Shown piece by piece: positions 39,798 through 49,571 of a DNA stretch of 64,000 bases. The notes below the pieces were generated by a model. It was not told where the DNA came from, searched no databases, and worked only from the letters and a program-made list of their open reading frames with translations. Origin of the DNA: a virus; IMG/VR virus record IMGVR_UViG_3300030329_005017, positions 4,914 to 68,913 of that record. One strand, written 5' to 3'. The position numbers and the translations under genes were made by a program. Each line of letters begins with the position of its first letter. The stretch's first letter is position 1.

Positions 39798-40760
39798 ATG
39801 AATAAAAGAAAAAACATTTTTGTTATTAACCCACATCATTATTGTTATTCTACCGCAGCTTTGATTGAGGGACTTAATAAGTTTGATAACGTAAAGGTAT
39901 TCTCAAACTCATTTCAAAACTATGCTCTTAGTCCTGCTAGCCAGTTAAAGTCACAGATTCAACTGGCAAAAGCATCAGACATTGTAGTTTTAGCGCACTC
40001 TGCGTTAGAGAGTAAATACAATCAAATAATAGGACCACTATTAAATGAGGTAGAAGTAGATGTATTTCTAGATGGTTCAGACCACCGTCCTTATGAAAGT
40101 GATCCAAGTAAGTATAAACTTTATTTGAAAAGAGAGTTAGACCCCACTCAACTAGAACATTATGATAATGTTGTGCCTTTTGAGTTTGCTGTTGAGGATA
40201 GATTTTTTATTTATGGTCAAGGCCGTGCGCATTCAAACATATGGGATTATAAAAAACTAGATCTAGTCTGTATGATGGGAATAGGTCAATGCCCTTGGAG
40301 AGTAGAGATCCAGGATGGTCTTAAAGAAAAGTATGGAGAACCATCAGATCGTTTTTATATTGGCCCTTATTATGAGCAACCCGAAAAGCAAAGGATAGAG
40401 ACAGATGGGCGCCACAACATAGGTTATTTCAAAAACTTATGGGAATCAAAAATAAGTGTAGCAGCTTATGGTGCAGGAGAATGCCGACAAACAGGAAGGT
40501 TTTGGGAATCTTTGGCGATGGGGTGTATGATTCTTTATCAACCGATTGAGCCTTTTGTATGGCATACTCCGTATGAGGATGGTGAGCATTATGTGTCTTA
40601 TAGAAATAATGAGGAACTATTTGATAAGGTTGACTATTATATAAGTAAGCCCGAAGAAGCTAGAAAGATAGCAGAAAACGCATTTGATCTTATGATGGCA
40701 CATGGACAAACACATAATAGAGCGCAGGAGTTTTTATTGCATTGTGAGCAATATTTATAG
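39798..40760 (+). CDS. Glycosyltransferase (CgeB/Glyco_trans_1_2-like)
   Basis: RFWESLAMG...DGEHYVSY...EEARKIAENA...HNRA. Confidence 0.75.
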   Translation: MNKRKNIFVINPHHYCYSTAALIEGLNKFDNVKVFSNSFQNYALSPASQLKSQIQLAKASDIVVLAHSALESKYNQIIGPLLNEVEVDVFLDGSDHRPYESDPSKYKLYLKRELDPTQLEHYDNVVPFEFAVEDRFFIYGQGRAHSNIWDYKKLDLVCMMGIGQCPWRVEIQDGLKEKYGEPSDRFYIGPYYEQPEKQRIETDGRHNIGYFKNLWESKISVAAYGAGECRQTGRFWESLAMGCMILYQPIEPFVWHTPYEDGEHYVSYRNNEELFDKVDYYISKPEEARKIAENAFDLMMAHGQTHNRAQEFLLHCEQYL

Positions 40761-40787
40761 GAGAATAACTTTATCAAGAGAAAGAAT

Positions 40788-42614
40788 ATGCTCCTTACCG
40801 AATCTCTCAAACCCCGTATTGTTGTTATCTACCCAGGACGCTACCAACCATACGGCGCTCATCATCACAAAGCTTACAAGCATCTTGCTTCTAAGTTTGG
40901 TCCGAAGAATACTTTTATTGCCACCAGTAATGCTACTGGCGAGAAAAGCCCCTTTAATTTCAAAGAGAAAAAGAAAATAATAGGGGCTGCTGGCGTGCCA
41001 AGCAAGCAAATAGTTCAGGTAAAAAACCCATACAAAGCTGAAGAAATACTATCAAAGTTCCCAGACGACACTATCGCTGTCTTTGCTGTCGGCGAGAAAG
41101 ATGGCAGTCGTCTAACTGCTGGTAAGCATTTTGAGTATTACAAAGACGGCAAAGCTACAAAGGGATATAAGGACGGAGGATATATTTATATTGTGCCTCA
41201 TGTGGCTCTAAAAGTTGCCGGGAAGGAAATGTCCGGCACATCTATTAGACAAGCGTTGGGTAGTAAGAAACTTTCTACAAAACAAAAACTAAAACTATTC
41301 TCCGACATTACTGGTATCAAAACACCATCGGTTGCTAAAATGGTAATAAATAAACTTTCTGAAGGCTTGATGCTAAATGAGCAACGCAAGTTATTACTTT
41401 GCGGAGGAGCTTCAGGGCATATGCATCATCCGTGGGAGAACATAGACATGAGCTTTGCAGAGATGAAGAAGATGATAACTGCATTGCTGTCTGGTGAGAT
41501 GAGTGTTAATAAAATATCAGAAAAAACTGATGGTCAAAATCTAAACATCACTTATCATAATGGTGAAGTAGTTGCTGCAAGAAACAAAACACAAAGTAAA
41601 AACTTTGGAGCTAATGGATTAACCATAGCTGCTATAAAGAAAATGTTTGCCGGAAGAGGCGAGTTAGAAAAAGCTTTTGTTTCTGCTATGGAAGATTTAA
41701 ATAAGTCAATTAATGGCTTGACAGAAAAACAAAAAAGCCGTATATTTGATAATGGTAGAAATTGGATTAACCTTGAAATCATTTATCAACCAACAAGGAA
41801 TGTTATACCATATAATACTGACCTACTTCAGTTTCACGGTATAAACAAGTTTGACGCAGAGGGAAACAAGATAGGAACTTCTGCTAAAGAAGGTAAAGAA
41901 TTGGCCGGCATGATAAAACAGATTAGTCAAAACAAACAGAAGACATTCGATATTATTGGCCCAGTTGCCGTAGAGTTGCCGAAGAGTCAAGATTTTTCTA
42001 AAAAGCAAGCTGCTTACATAAAGAAAATAACTGGCTTACAAAGAAAGTATGGTTTAAGTAATAAGGATAATTTATTACAATACCATAGGAAATTTTGGCT
42101 TAATATGATTGAAAAAGAGGCAAAGAAAAAAAGAGTGAAGTTAAGTAGAGACTTAAAGGTAGCTCTGGTTAAAAGATTTGCCGAAGGTAATAAGTCATTC
42201 GCTTTGAGTAAGAAGAATATTAAGGATGAAGCAGTTTATGAGTTTGCAAGTAAGTTAGATAAAGTTGATTCTAAAGCCTTGTTTGAAAAAAATGTTAGAC
42301 CATTTGAAGATGTTTTCCTCTCACTGGGAGCTGACGTTTTAGAAAATGCACGTAACTTTATTGCTGTCTCACCAGAAAAAGGTGTGAGAGACATTAGGAA
42401 GGATATTTCACAAACAATATCTACTTTACGAAAAGGGGGTGATCGAACAAAGATGTCGCAGCTCAAGAAGCAGTTGATGAGAATCAAACGAGCTGGTGGT
42501 TTTGACAAAATAGTTCCTAGTGAGGGGATTGTTTTTGACTACAAAGGAAACACATATAAACTAACAGGAGTATTTGCACCCATCAATCAAATATTAGGAA
42601 TGACTAAATTTTAG
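40788..42614 (+). CDS. HIGH-family nucleotidyltransferase fused to a ligase-like (KxDG) nucleotidyltransferase domain
   Basis: YPGRYQPYGAHH...MSGTSIR, then GGASGHMHHP, EKTDGQN, SEGIVF, YKLTG. Confidence 0.7.
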   Translation: MLLTESLKPRIVVIYPGRYQPYGAHHHKAYKHLASKFGPKNTFIATSNATGEKSPFNFKEKKKIIGAAGVPSKQIVQVKNPYKAEEILSKFPDDTIAVFAVGEKDGSRLTAGKHFEYYKDGKATKGYKDGGYIYIVPHVALKVAGKEMSGTSIRQALGSKKLSTKQKLKLFSDITGIKTPSVAKMVINKLSEGLMLNEQRKLLLCGGASGHMHHPWENIDMSFAEMKKMITALLSGEMSVNKISEKTDGQNLNITYHNGEVVAARNKTQSKNFGANGLTIAAIKKMFAGRGELEKAFVSAMEDLNKSINGLTEKQKSRIFDNGRNWINLEIIYQPTRNVIPYNTDLLQFHGINKFDAEGNKIGTSAKEGKELAGMIKQISQNKQKTFDIIGPVAVELPKSQDFSKKQAAYIKKITGLQRKYGLSNKDNLLQYHRKFWLNMIEKEAKKKRVKLSRDLKVALVKRFAEGNKSFALSKKNIKDEAVYEFASKLDKVDSKALFEKNVRPFEDVFLSLGADVLENARNFIAVSPEKGVRDIRKDISQTISTLRKGGDRTKMSQLKKQLMRIKRAGGFDKIVPSEGIVFDYKGNTYKLTGVFAPINQILGMTKF

Positions 42615-42631
42615 AAAGGTGAGCATGCAAG

Positions 42632-42817
42632 ATGGCAAGAACAAACCGGCGTAGGGAGCCTAGAGAGGTTGTTAACCCTAACCGTGGAACAAAGAAGAAT
42701 CAAAGACGTAATAGTAGGAAAAACAATAAACAGAAGCTACAAGAGATTGACTATACGAATCCCGATGCTTGGGACGAATACGATGATGAAGAATACATAA
42801 GTAGGGGTAATGACTAG
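42632..42817 (+). CDS. Small protein with basic N-half and acidic C-half
   Basis: 61 aa, AAAGGTG RBS, overlaps the next gene. Confidence 0.55.
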   Translation: MARTNRRREPREVVNPNRGTKKNQRRNSRKNNKQKLQEIDYTNPDAWDEYDDEEYISRGND

Positions 42818-43262
42818 ACCTACATTCTCAGAACTATTTGTAAATATTACATTACAAATAGCCCACCGAAGTTCTTGTGTAAAAGCTCAGCAGGCGGCCT
42901 TATTAATTAAAGACAACAGAATAATATCTTTCGGATACAACGGCCCACCTGCTGGGCATATCAATTGTGAAACTGATGGCGGTGAAGAAGTATGTGGTAA
43001 AGATAGCAACGGTTCCTGCTTTCTTGGAATCCATGCTGAACAAAACGCTATTGGTTACGCAGCTCGTCATGGAATAAACACCGAAGGATGTTTTATCTAT
43101 TGCACCCAAACACCCTGCATATCTTGTGCTAAATTAGTTGTAGCAGCGGGAATAAAAGAGTTTTACTATTTAGATTCATACAGAATACTAGATGGTTTGG
43201 ACTTTCTTAAACAAGCTGGTGTAAAAGCTGAAAAGGTAAAAGATGAATCAAGTTTTAGATAA
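42810..43262 (+). CDS. dCMP deaminase
   Basis: GYNGPP, IHAEQNAI, PCISCAK. Adjacent to thyX. Confidence 0.92.
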   Translation: MTRPTFSELFVNITLQIAHRSSCVKAQQAALLIKDNRIISFGYNGPPAGHINCETDGGEEVCGKDSNGSCFLGIHAEQNAIGYAARHGINTEGCFIYCTQTPCISCAKLVVAAGIKEFYYLDSYRILDGLDFLKQAGVKAEKVKDESSFR

Positions 43263-43932
43263 AGGCTTTGTTGAAGTAATAGATTGTTTAGGCACCGACT
43301 TAACGGTAGCAAATAGTGCTCGTGTAAGTTTCGGTAAGCGGAAGGACAAGTATGATACAGGTGATGAACGACTTGTTCGTTATTTGGCGAAGCATAAGCA
43401 TTTTTCTCCGTTTCGTCATCTGATTGTTCAGTTTCACATAAAGGCTCCAGAGTTTGTTACTCGACAACTTTATAAACACGTTGTTGGTATTGAAACAACC
43501 TCTTCCTCTATAACAAAGGATCATGCTTGGAATGAAATATCGCAACGCTATGTGCCTGTGGATGAGTTTTATGTGCCAGAAGTTTTTCGGGCGCAGAGCG
43601 AAGATTCCAAACAGGCGAGCAGTGGAAAGATTGAAAAACAAGAAGAAGCCGCTGAAGCCTATACGAAAGCGCAACAAGTTATGAAGCATTATTATGATAA
43701 GCTTTTAGAGCTTGGTGTGGCAAAAGAACAAGCAAGAGCTTTGATACCACTATCCTGCTATACTGAGTTTTACTGGACAGCATCTTTTCAAGCCATCTGT
43801 AACTTTATTGAGTTGCGTGATAAGCCTGATGCCCAGTGGGAGATACGAGAATACGCAAAAGTACTAAAAAAGCTGCTACATGAGCTTTACCCAATAACAA
43901 CCCAAGTTTGGGAAGATATCTACTGGGATTAA
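43243..43932 (+). CDS. thyX: Flavin-dependent thymidylate synthase
   Basis: ARVSF, HFSPF, RQLYKH, WNEISQRY, KEQARALIP, AQWEIR. Confidence 0.95.
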   Translation: MNQVLDKGFVEVIDCLGTDLTVANSARVSFGKRKDKYDTGDERLVRYLAKHKHFSPFRHLIVQFHIKAPEFVTRQLYKHVVGIETTSSSITKDHAWNEISQRYVPVDEFYVPEVFRAQSEDSKQASSGKIEKQEEAAEAYTKAQQVMKHYYDKLLELGVAKEQARALIPLSCYTEFYWTASFQAICNFIELRDKPDAQWEIREYAKVLKKLLHELYPITTQVWEDIYWD

Positions 43933-43935
43933 AAA

Positions 43936-44091
43936 ATGACGAAAATCATAATTTCTTCAATTTTAGCCTTGACTTTGCCTGTACTATTCCTTATATTAGT
44001 AGTATTGAAATTGAGGAATGGAAAACCTCTAACACGATGTGGGGAGAGTTGCGAATGTTTTGATAGTAATAATCCAGAACTTGGTTTATAA
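43936..44091 (+). CDS. Small single-TM Cys-containing membrane protein (51 aa, not in the ORF track)
   Basis: MTKIIISSILALTLPVLFLILVVLKLRNGKPLTRCGESCECFDSNNPELGL. Confidence 0.55.
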   Translation: MTKIIISSILALTLPVLFLILVVLKLRNGKPLTRCGESCECFDSNNPELGL

Positions 44092-44147
44092 ACGGTTATA
44101 AATGTATTAAGATGATACACACTCAAATCTCATAAAGGAGATATAAA

Positions 44148-44969
44148 ATGGCTATTAGCCTAGATAAGATAAACAATGCCCTCGATCGCCTTGATAACAA
44201 AGGCGGCGGAAACAACAACAGCCAGGAGAACATCGTCAAGCTGGAAGAAGGTGAGCACCAGTTGCGTATTGCTCCTTACAAAGAGGATCTTGAGATGCCT
44301 TTTCAGGAGTTGTGGTTTCACTTCCGTATCGGTGGGCGGACGTTCCTTTGTCCCAACAAGATGAAGAATGAGCCAGATCCGATTTGTGATTTCGCTACAA
44401 CTTGTTGGAACGAATTCACGAAGACCAAGGATGAGTCTTATAAGGAAATGTTTAAGACTATGGCACCCACTCTTCGTGTATACTTGCCGGTCATGCTTCG
44501 TGGTGAAGAAGATAGGGGTTTGCGTTGGTGGAGCATTTCGCCTCGCACTACCTATAAGGAGATTCTAAATCACGTTCGCAGTGGGCTACGTCAGAATGTT
44601 GACATCACCGATCCAAATGAAGGTTTGGATTTGATGGTAACTGTTGAACCTGGCTTTAATGGTTGGCTAATGCCGACTACCATTACTACTGCCTTGAAGC
44701 CGACTCCGCTGGCTCCCAAGAAGGACATCAAGGATGTTATTGATACTATCGCTCCTATCAATACTCTCTTTGAGTATAGCCCAGTAGAAGAGATGAAGGA
44801 GGCGTTGGAGAAGCACATTAATCCTAACGCTAATGATTCTGATTCTTCTGCAGGAACTTCTATCGACTTTAGCAAGGGTGGCGCAAGCACCAAGGCTGAA
44901 ACGGTCACTGCTGAAGAAGATAACACCAACGACAAAATCAATGACGCTTTTGATAAGTTGTTGAATTAA
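44148..44969 (+). CDS. Single-stranded DNA-binding protein (gp32-like)
   Basis: LRIAP...PFQELWFH...CP...DPIC zinc site, DITDPNEGLDL, acidic tail. Precedes recA. Confidence 0.8.
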   Translation: MAISLDKINNALDRLDNKGGGNNNSQENIVKLEEGEHQLRIAPYKEDLEMPFQELWFHFRIGGRTFLCPNKMKNEPDPICDFATTCWNEFTKTKDESYKEMFKTMAPTLRVYLPVMLRGEEDRGLRWWSISPRTTYKEILNHVRSGLRQNVDITDPNEGLDLMVTVEPGFNGWLMPTTITTALKPTPLAPKKDIKDVIDTIAPINTLFEYSPVEEMKEALEKHINPNANDSDSSAGTSIDFSKGGASTKAETVTAEEDNTNDKINDAFDKLLN

Positions 44970-46123
44970 TGGCAAGAAAAAAGATTGCAACGGACGGGTC
45001 TTCCTCTAACGGGGAAGACTCCGTTCTTAATGATATTCTTGTTGATAGTCTAAATAAAAAGCTAGGTGATGTAGCTTATATTTTAGGCAAGGGAGATTCC
45101 CCACCAGAGGTCAAGGAATGGCTTTCAACAGGTTCTACAGTACTTGACACCATAGTATCCAATGATGCTACGGCAGACGGTGGCATACCCGTAGGAAGAC
45201 TCACAGAGATATGTGGCGAAGCTGCTACAGGTAAGTCTCTTTTGTCGTATATGATTCTCAAAGATTGTCAAGACAAGGGTGGAATTCCTGTACTTATTGA
45301 TACCGAAAATGCAGCTAATGAAGATTTCCTTCAGCTATTAGGATTGAAGTTTTATCCCGAAGGATCTTTAGTTTATATTCAAGTAGATTCGGTAGAAAAA
45401 GTATTCTCTGCTATTGAAGAAATCATTAGGAAAATCAAGGAAAACGATAAAGACAAGTTGTGTTGTATCGTTTGGGATAGTGTAGCTGGAACTTCTACTG
45501 ATGCAGAAATCCAAAATGATTATGGTGAAGCTACTATTGGTATGCAAGCTCGTATGATTGGGCAAGGTTTGCGAAAGCTCATCCGTTTCATTGGTAAGCA
45601 GCGAGTAGCGCTAGTATTTCTAAACCAAGTTAGGCAGAAGATTGGCGTATTCTTTGGTGATGATACAGTTACTCCTGGCGGTAAGGCTATTCCATTTTTC
45701 TCATCGGTTAGAATGAAACTTTATAGTGGCGGCAAAGTTAAGACGGGTAAGGATGTTATTGGTGTTGGTATTAAGCCAAAGCTAATAAAGAATCGTATGG
45801 GCCCACCCCACCGTGAAGCAGAGTTGAAGATGTATTTTAGTAGAGGTTTGATTGATGAAGAAAGTTGGTTGGATGAACTTTTGAAGTCTGGTGTTGCTGA
45901 TAAAGTATCTGTTCAAAAATCTTCTATCACTAATAAAGACACTGGTGAAGTGTATGAGTTTCAGAATAGAAAGTTTGTAGATTGGATAAGAGATCCTGCT
46001 AACGCTGAAGCGCATGCTTATTGTAAGGTCAAGGTGAAAGAAGGTTTGGTAATAGAGCAAGACCCTTTCAATAGAGAAGAAGAAGCAGTAGTTGAAGATC
46101 TAGTGGGTGAAGAGGAGCTATAA
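44969..46123 (+). CDS. recA: RecA/UvsX recombinase
   Basis: STGS, GRLTEICGEAATGKS, IDTENA, WDSVA, NQVRQK, TPGGKA, KNR. Confidence 0.95.
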   Translation: MARKKIATDGSSSNGEDSVLNDILVDSLNKKLGDVAYILGKGDSPPEVKEWLSTGSTVLDTIVSNDATADGGIPVGRLTEICGEAATGKSLLSYMILKDCQDKGGIPVLIDTENAANEDFLQLLGLKFYPEGSLVYIQVDSVEKVFSAIEEIIRKIKENDKDKLCCIVWDSVAGTSTDAEIQNDYGEATIGMQARMIGQGLRKLIRFIGKQRVALVFLNQVRQKIGVFFGDDTVTPGGKAIPFFSSVRMKLYSGGKVKTGKDVIGVGIKPKLIKNRMGPPHREAELKMYFSRGLIDEESWLDELLKSGVADKVSVQKSSITNKDTGEVYEFQNRKFVDWIRDPANAEAHAYCKVKVKEGLVIEQDPFNREEEAVVEDLVGEEEL

Positions 46124-46410
46124 TGGTTGCGATAAATGGCAATCCTGCTGAAGAACTAGTTGATAATATTAAGGAAAGTGTAAGTAAGAAAAATATTATT
46201 ATCGGCGGTGTTGTTTGTGTTTTTATAGCAGCTGCTATCCTAGCGGCTGTGGTTGGTATTACGTATGTTGTTACAGGATTTTTAGCTTACTTGTGGAATG
46301 TTGGAGTTGCGCCATTTGGTATTTCAGAAGTAACATGGTGGCAAGTAACAGCCATATGGGTACTAACTGCTTTTATTGCTAAAATCATAAAAATAATTTT
46401 CAAAAGTTGA
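46123..46410 (+). CDS. Small membrane protein
   Basis: Two hydrophobic segments, TAATG coupling. Confidence 0.6.
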   Translation: MVAINGNPAEELVDNIKESVSKKNIIIGGVVCVFIAAAILAAVVGITYVVTGFLAYLWNVGVAPFGISEVTWWQVTAIWVLTAFIAKIIKIIFKS

Positions 46411-46483
46411 ATCTAAATATTTTTGATTAGTAGCGGTTTTTTCTAAAATATTTCAGCCATATTTATACTACCCGAAGAGATAA

Positions 46484-46520
46484 AAAAGTAGGCGGGGTTG
46501 AAAAAACCCTGTCTATTTTT
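46484..46520. terminator. Intrinsic terminator, probably bidirectional
   Basis: AAAAGTAGGCGGGGTT-loop-AACCCTGTCTATTTTT stem flanked by A and T runs. Confidence 0.75.
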
Positions 46521-46548
46521 CTCTTATAGGGTAAAAAGGTTTTATTTT

Positions 46549-46974
46549 ATGCTTGACAAGTTTGAAGAAAATCGTTATATTATAGATAGTGTTTTGGAGA
46601 ATAAGTGGTTCCGACTTGCAAGAAATGAATGTCTTAAGAGTATTCACAATACAAGATTTGGTACTGTCTTAATTCTAAAAAATGGCAAAGTATTTACTGG
46701 ATTTAATAAAGACAAAAGCCATCCAATGATTAAAAAGCATTATGATTACTTCGCTCAAAGTATTCACGCCGAATTGGATGTGATGTTAAAAGTAAATCCG
46801 TATCGTCATTCTGATGATATCTATGGATCAAAAATGTTTATTTATCGTGAGGATAAGTTGGGGTGGTTAAAGCCAGCGCATCCTTGCAAATCTTGTTATC
46901 GCATTATGCAGGATTATGGCGTAAAGAAGTGTTACCATACCACCAAGACAGGTTATAGTCTCACATACCTATAA
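46549..46974 (+). CDS. Zn-dependent cytidine/deoxycytidylate deaminase-family protein
   Basis: IHAELD...PCKSC. Start is ATG 46549 or TTG 46594. Confidence 0.8.
   Translation: MLDKFEENRYIIDSVLENKWFRLARNECLKSIHNTRFGTVLILKNGKVFTGFNKDKSHPMIKKHYDYFAQSIHAELDVMLKVNPYRHSDDIYGSKMFIYREDKLGWLKPAHPCKSCYRIMQDYGVKKCYHTTKTGYSLTYL
46553..46581 (+). promoter_or_regulatory. sigma70-type promoter
   Basis: TTGACA-17 nt-TATATT, just after a terminator. Confidence 0.7.
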
Positions 46975-46987
46975 GGAGTATTCTTTA

Positions 46988-47962
46988 ATGGAAAGCAAGC
47001 CCGTCCTTTTTATTGATTTACTAAATTTGTATTGTAGGAGCTTCGCTAGTGTCCCACTAACGAACGATAATGGGGAGCATGTAGGTGGCATCTATGGAAC
47101 CCTCAATGCTCTCCAAAGTTATATCAAGCGGTTCGAACCAAGCGAGTGTATCCTAGCATGGGAGGGAGCCCAGTCGGGTGAGAGAAGACGTAAGAAACTG
47201 CGAGAGTATAAAGAAGGGCGTAAGATGGTGGGTATGAGAAGGGGTTTCACAACCTCTGACGGCGATGAGAAAGAGGCTTTTGCTCGGCAGTTAGAGTTAC
47301 TAAAAGCTTCTCTGGATTATCTTCCTATGAAGCAGGTAGCAGTAAAATATTTAGAAGCTGATGATGCTATTGCATATTTGGCTAAAAAGGTTATTGATAA
47401 GAAATCTATCATTCTCACAACCGATAAAGATTATCTCCAACTAGTGGATGAGAATATCTCTGTTTTTCGCCCGGTAAAAACAAAAGAGAATCCCCAAGGT
47501 GAAATGATTGATCTAGACTGGATGCACAAGAAAGAAAACATTCATCCACCTAACTATGCTTTGCTAAAAGCAATAGTGGGCGATAAGAGTGATAACATTG
47601 AAGGCGTAAAAGGAATAGGTGAAAAGACAGCACGCAAAGACATACATCTACTCTGGTCTGCACATGAAGAATACGGCATCGACGATCTGTTTGAATGGCT
47701 GAAGAGTCGTAGTGAAAGCAAGTATCAAAAGTATATTGATAACGAAGAGCTTATTAGGCTTAACTACAAGATAGTTCAGTTGTTAGAGTTGGAGATATCT
47801 CTAGCCTCTATAGATAGTTTGAGAAACTCTTATATTTCCGATACACCAAAGTTTAATTCTTACAAGTTTCGTATTAATCTTATGTCCGAAGACATTAGCC
47901 CAAACAATATAGATAACTGGGTGGCTAACTTTTCCATCCTAAATGAACAACCCGTTTTATAA
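46988..47962 (+). CDS. 5'-3' exonuclease / RNase H (PolI N-terminal/FEN-like)
   Basis: YKEGR, EADDAI, TDKDYLQL, GDKSDNIEGVKGIGEKTA. Confidence 0.92.
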   Translation: MESKPVLFIDLLNLYCRSFASVPLTNDNGEHVGGIYGTLNALQSYIKRFEPSECILAWEGAQSGERRRKKLREYKEGRKMVGMRRGFTTSDGDEKEAFARQLELLKASLDYLPMKQVAVKYLEADDAIAYLAKKVIDKKSIILTTDKDYLQLVDENISVFRPVKTKENPQGEMIDLDWMHKKENIHPPNYALLKAIVGDKSDNIEGVKGIGEKTARKDIHLLWSAHEEYGIDDLFEWLKSRSESKYQKYIDNEELIRLNYKIVQLLELEISLASIDSLRNSYISDTPKFNSYKFRINLMSEDISPNNIDNWVANFSILNEQPVL

Positions 47963-47973
47963 GGAGAACAACA

Positions 47974-49326
47974 TTGGCAACAAATACTGATTCTTTTGAG
48001 TCGTTTGGAGTAGGGTTTCAGAATAATGTTATTCAAGGACTTCTTACTGATAGAGAGTTTTTTGAAAAGTCATTTGAAACATTGAAAGACGATTATTTTA
48101 CTAGTGACGCTCATAAGACAGTTTGGACCGAAGTAAGAAAACTATTCAATAAGTATAACACTCCACCTACCTATGAGACATTGAAGGTTGAAATTTCATC
48201 TCTACCCGATAATCAACTCAAGGAAGACACGATTGAAGTGCTTATTGATATTGAAACAAAAGTAAATAGACAAGAGATAGAATACGCAAAGGATAAGTCA
48301 TTAGAGTTTTGTAAGAACCAATCTATGAAGCAAGCAATACTTACTTCTGTAGATTTATTGAAAGAAGGAAAGTATGAAGAGATTCAATCAGTTATTGAGC
48401 AGAGCCTAAAGATAAACACAGAACAAGATTTGGGTCAAAACTATTTTGATAGCTTTGAGTCAAGACGTAAGGTTCATACTCGGCAAACTATTCCTACTGG
48501 TTTTCCACTGTTGGATGAAGAAAAGATTTTAGATGGTGGATTAGCACATGGTGAGTTGGGTGTGGTAATGGCTCCAACCGGCGGTGGTAAGTCTTTCTTC
48601 CTAGTCAATCTTGGTTATGGAGCATTGGCTGCTGGGAAGAATGTGATTCATTATTCTATGGAGTTGAGCGAAACCCATGTGGGTAATCGTTATGATTCTC
48701 GTATTACTGGCATTCCAACAAAAGAACTACGAACCCGAATGGTAGAGGCAGAGAATGAATTGGCTCGTTTCATGGGTGGTCAGTTGATGATTAAGGAGTA
48801 TCCGCCAAAGGTTGCCACAATCAATACTATCAAGTTTCACGTAGGTAGGTTGTTGTCTAATGGTTTTGAGCCAGACCTTATCATTATTGACTATGGTGAT
48901 TTGATGAAGTCTAGAAGAGGCTATGAGCAAAAACGATTTGAGCTTGAGTCTGTCTTTGAAGACTTGAGAGCTTTGTCTATGGAGTTAAAGTTGCCTATTT
49001 GGACAGCAACGCAAAGTAATCGTGATGGCTTCAATGACGATGTTATTACCATTGATAAAGTTGGTGAAGCAATCAACAAGGCTCATGTTGTTGATTTCTT
49101 TGGAACATTCTCACAACGTAAGTTTCACATTGGTAAGAATCGTATGGGAGCAGCTAATGTAAACTTCAACATTGACATGAAGCCAGAGTGTGCTTTTATT
49201 GACTTGAATGACGATCAGCCAGCAGGGTTTTCAACTTCTGAGAAGTTGAGTAGCTTGTTGAATGGTGGTGGTGAAGGTAGAAATAAAATGGGTAGCTTAT
49301 ATCAAAGCTATAAGGACGGAGAGTAA
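47974..49326 (+). CDS. dnaB: Replicative helicase (DnaB/gp41-like)
   Basis: APTGGGKS, YSMELSE, IIDYGDLM, WTATQSNR, KNR. Confidence 0.92.
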   Translation: MATNTDSFESFGVGFQNNVIQGLLTDREFFEKSFETLKDDYFTSDAHKTVWTEVRKLFNKYNTPPTYETLKVEISSLPDNQLKEDTIEVLIDIETKVNRQEIEYAKDKSLEFCKNQSMKQAILTSVDLLKEGKYEEIQSVIEQSLKINTEQDLGQNYFDSFESRRKVHTRQTIPTGFPLLDEEKILDGGLAHGELGVVMAPTGGGKSFFLVNLGYGALAAGKNVIHYSMELSETHVGNRYDSRITGIPTKELRTRMVEAENELARFMGGQLMIKEYPPKVATINTIKFHVGRLLSNGFEPDLIIIDYGDLMKSRRGYEQKRFELESVFEDLRALSMELKLPIWTATQSNRDGFNDDVITIDKVGEAINKAHVVDFFGTFSQRKFHIGKNRMGAANVNFNIDMKPECAFIDLNDDQPAGFSTSEKLSSLLNGGGEGRNKMGSLYQSYKDGE

Positions 49327-49571
49327 TGGATAGATTTACGGTTACGAAAACAAAGCGTTGGGGTAATGCGGACACACAGATTTCAAATGTTTATAGTGTA
49401 AGCAGAAATAAAGCACGGCGTGATGATGTAATAAAGATAGCTAATGACCTTATTACTAAAGAAGAACTTTATACGAATGAGTCCGTAGAGTTTGAAGTGC
49501 TTTTAACTTATGACTCAGGCAATACTGAATTCATTCATCGTGTAGAAAAAGAAGGAAAGAAAAGCTTATAA
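49326..49571 (+). CDS. Hypothetical protein
   Basis: 81-aa ORF with TAATG coupling on both sides. Confidence 0.55.
   Translation: MDRFTVTKTKRWGNADTQISNVYSVSRNKARRDDVIKIANDLITKEELYTNESVEFEVLLTYDSGNTEFIHRVEKEGKKSL

Noticed and set aside
22767-40760. A bacterial LPS/O-antigen island mis-joined to phage DNA
   Set aside because: It has the same strand, composition and overlap style as the flanks, is interspersed with phage-type small genes, and lacks wzx/wzy/waaL or ABC export genes.
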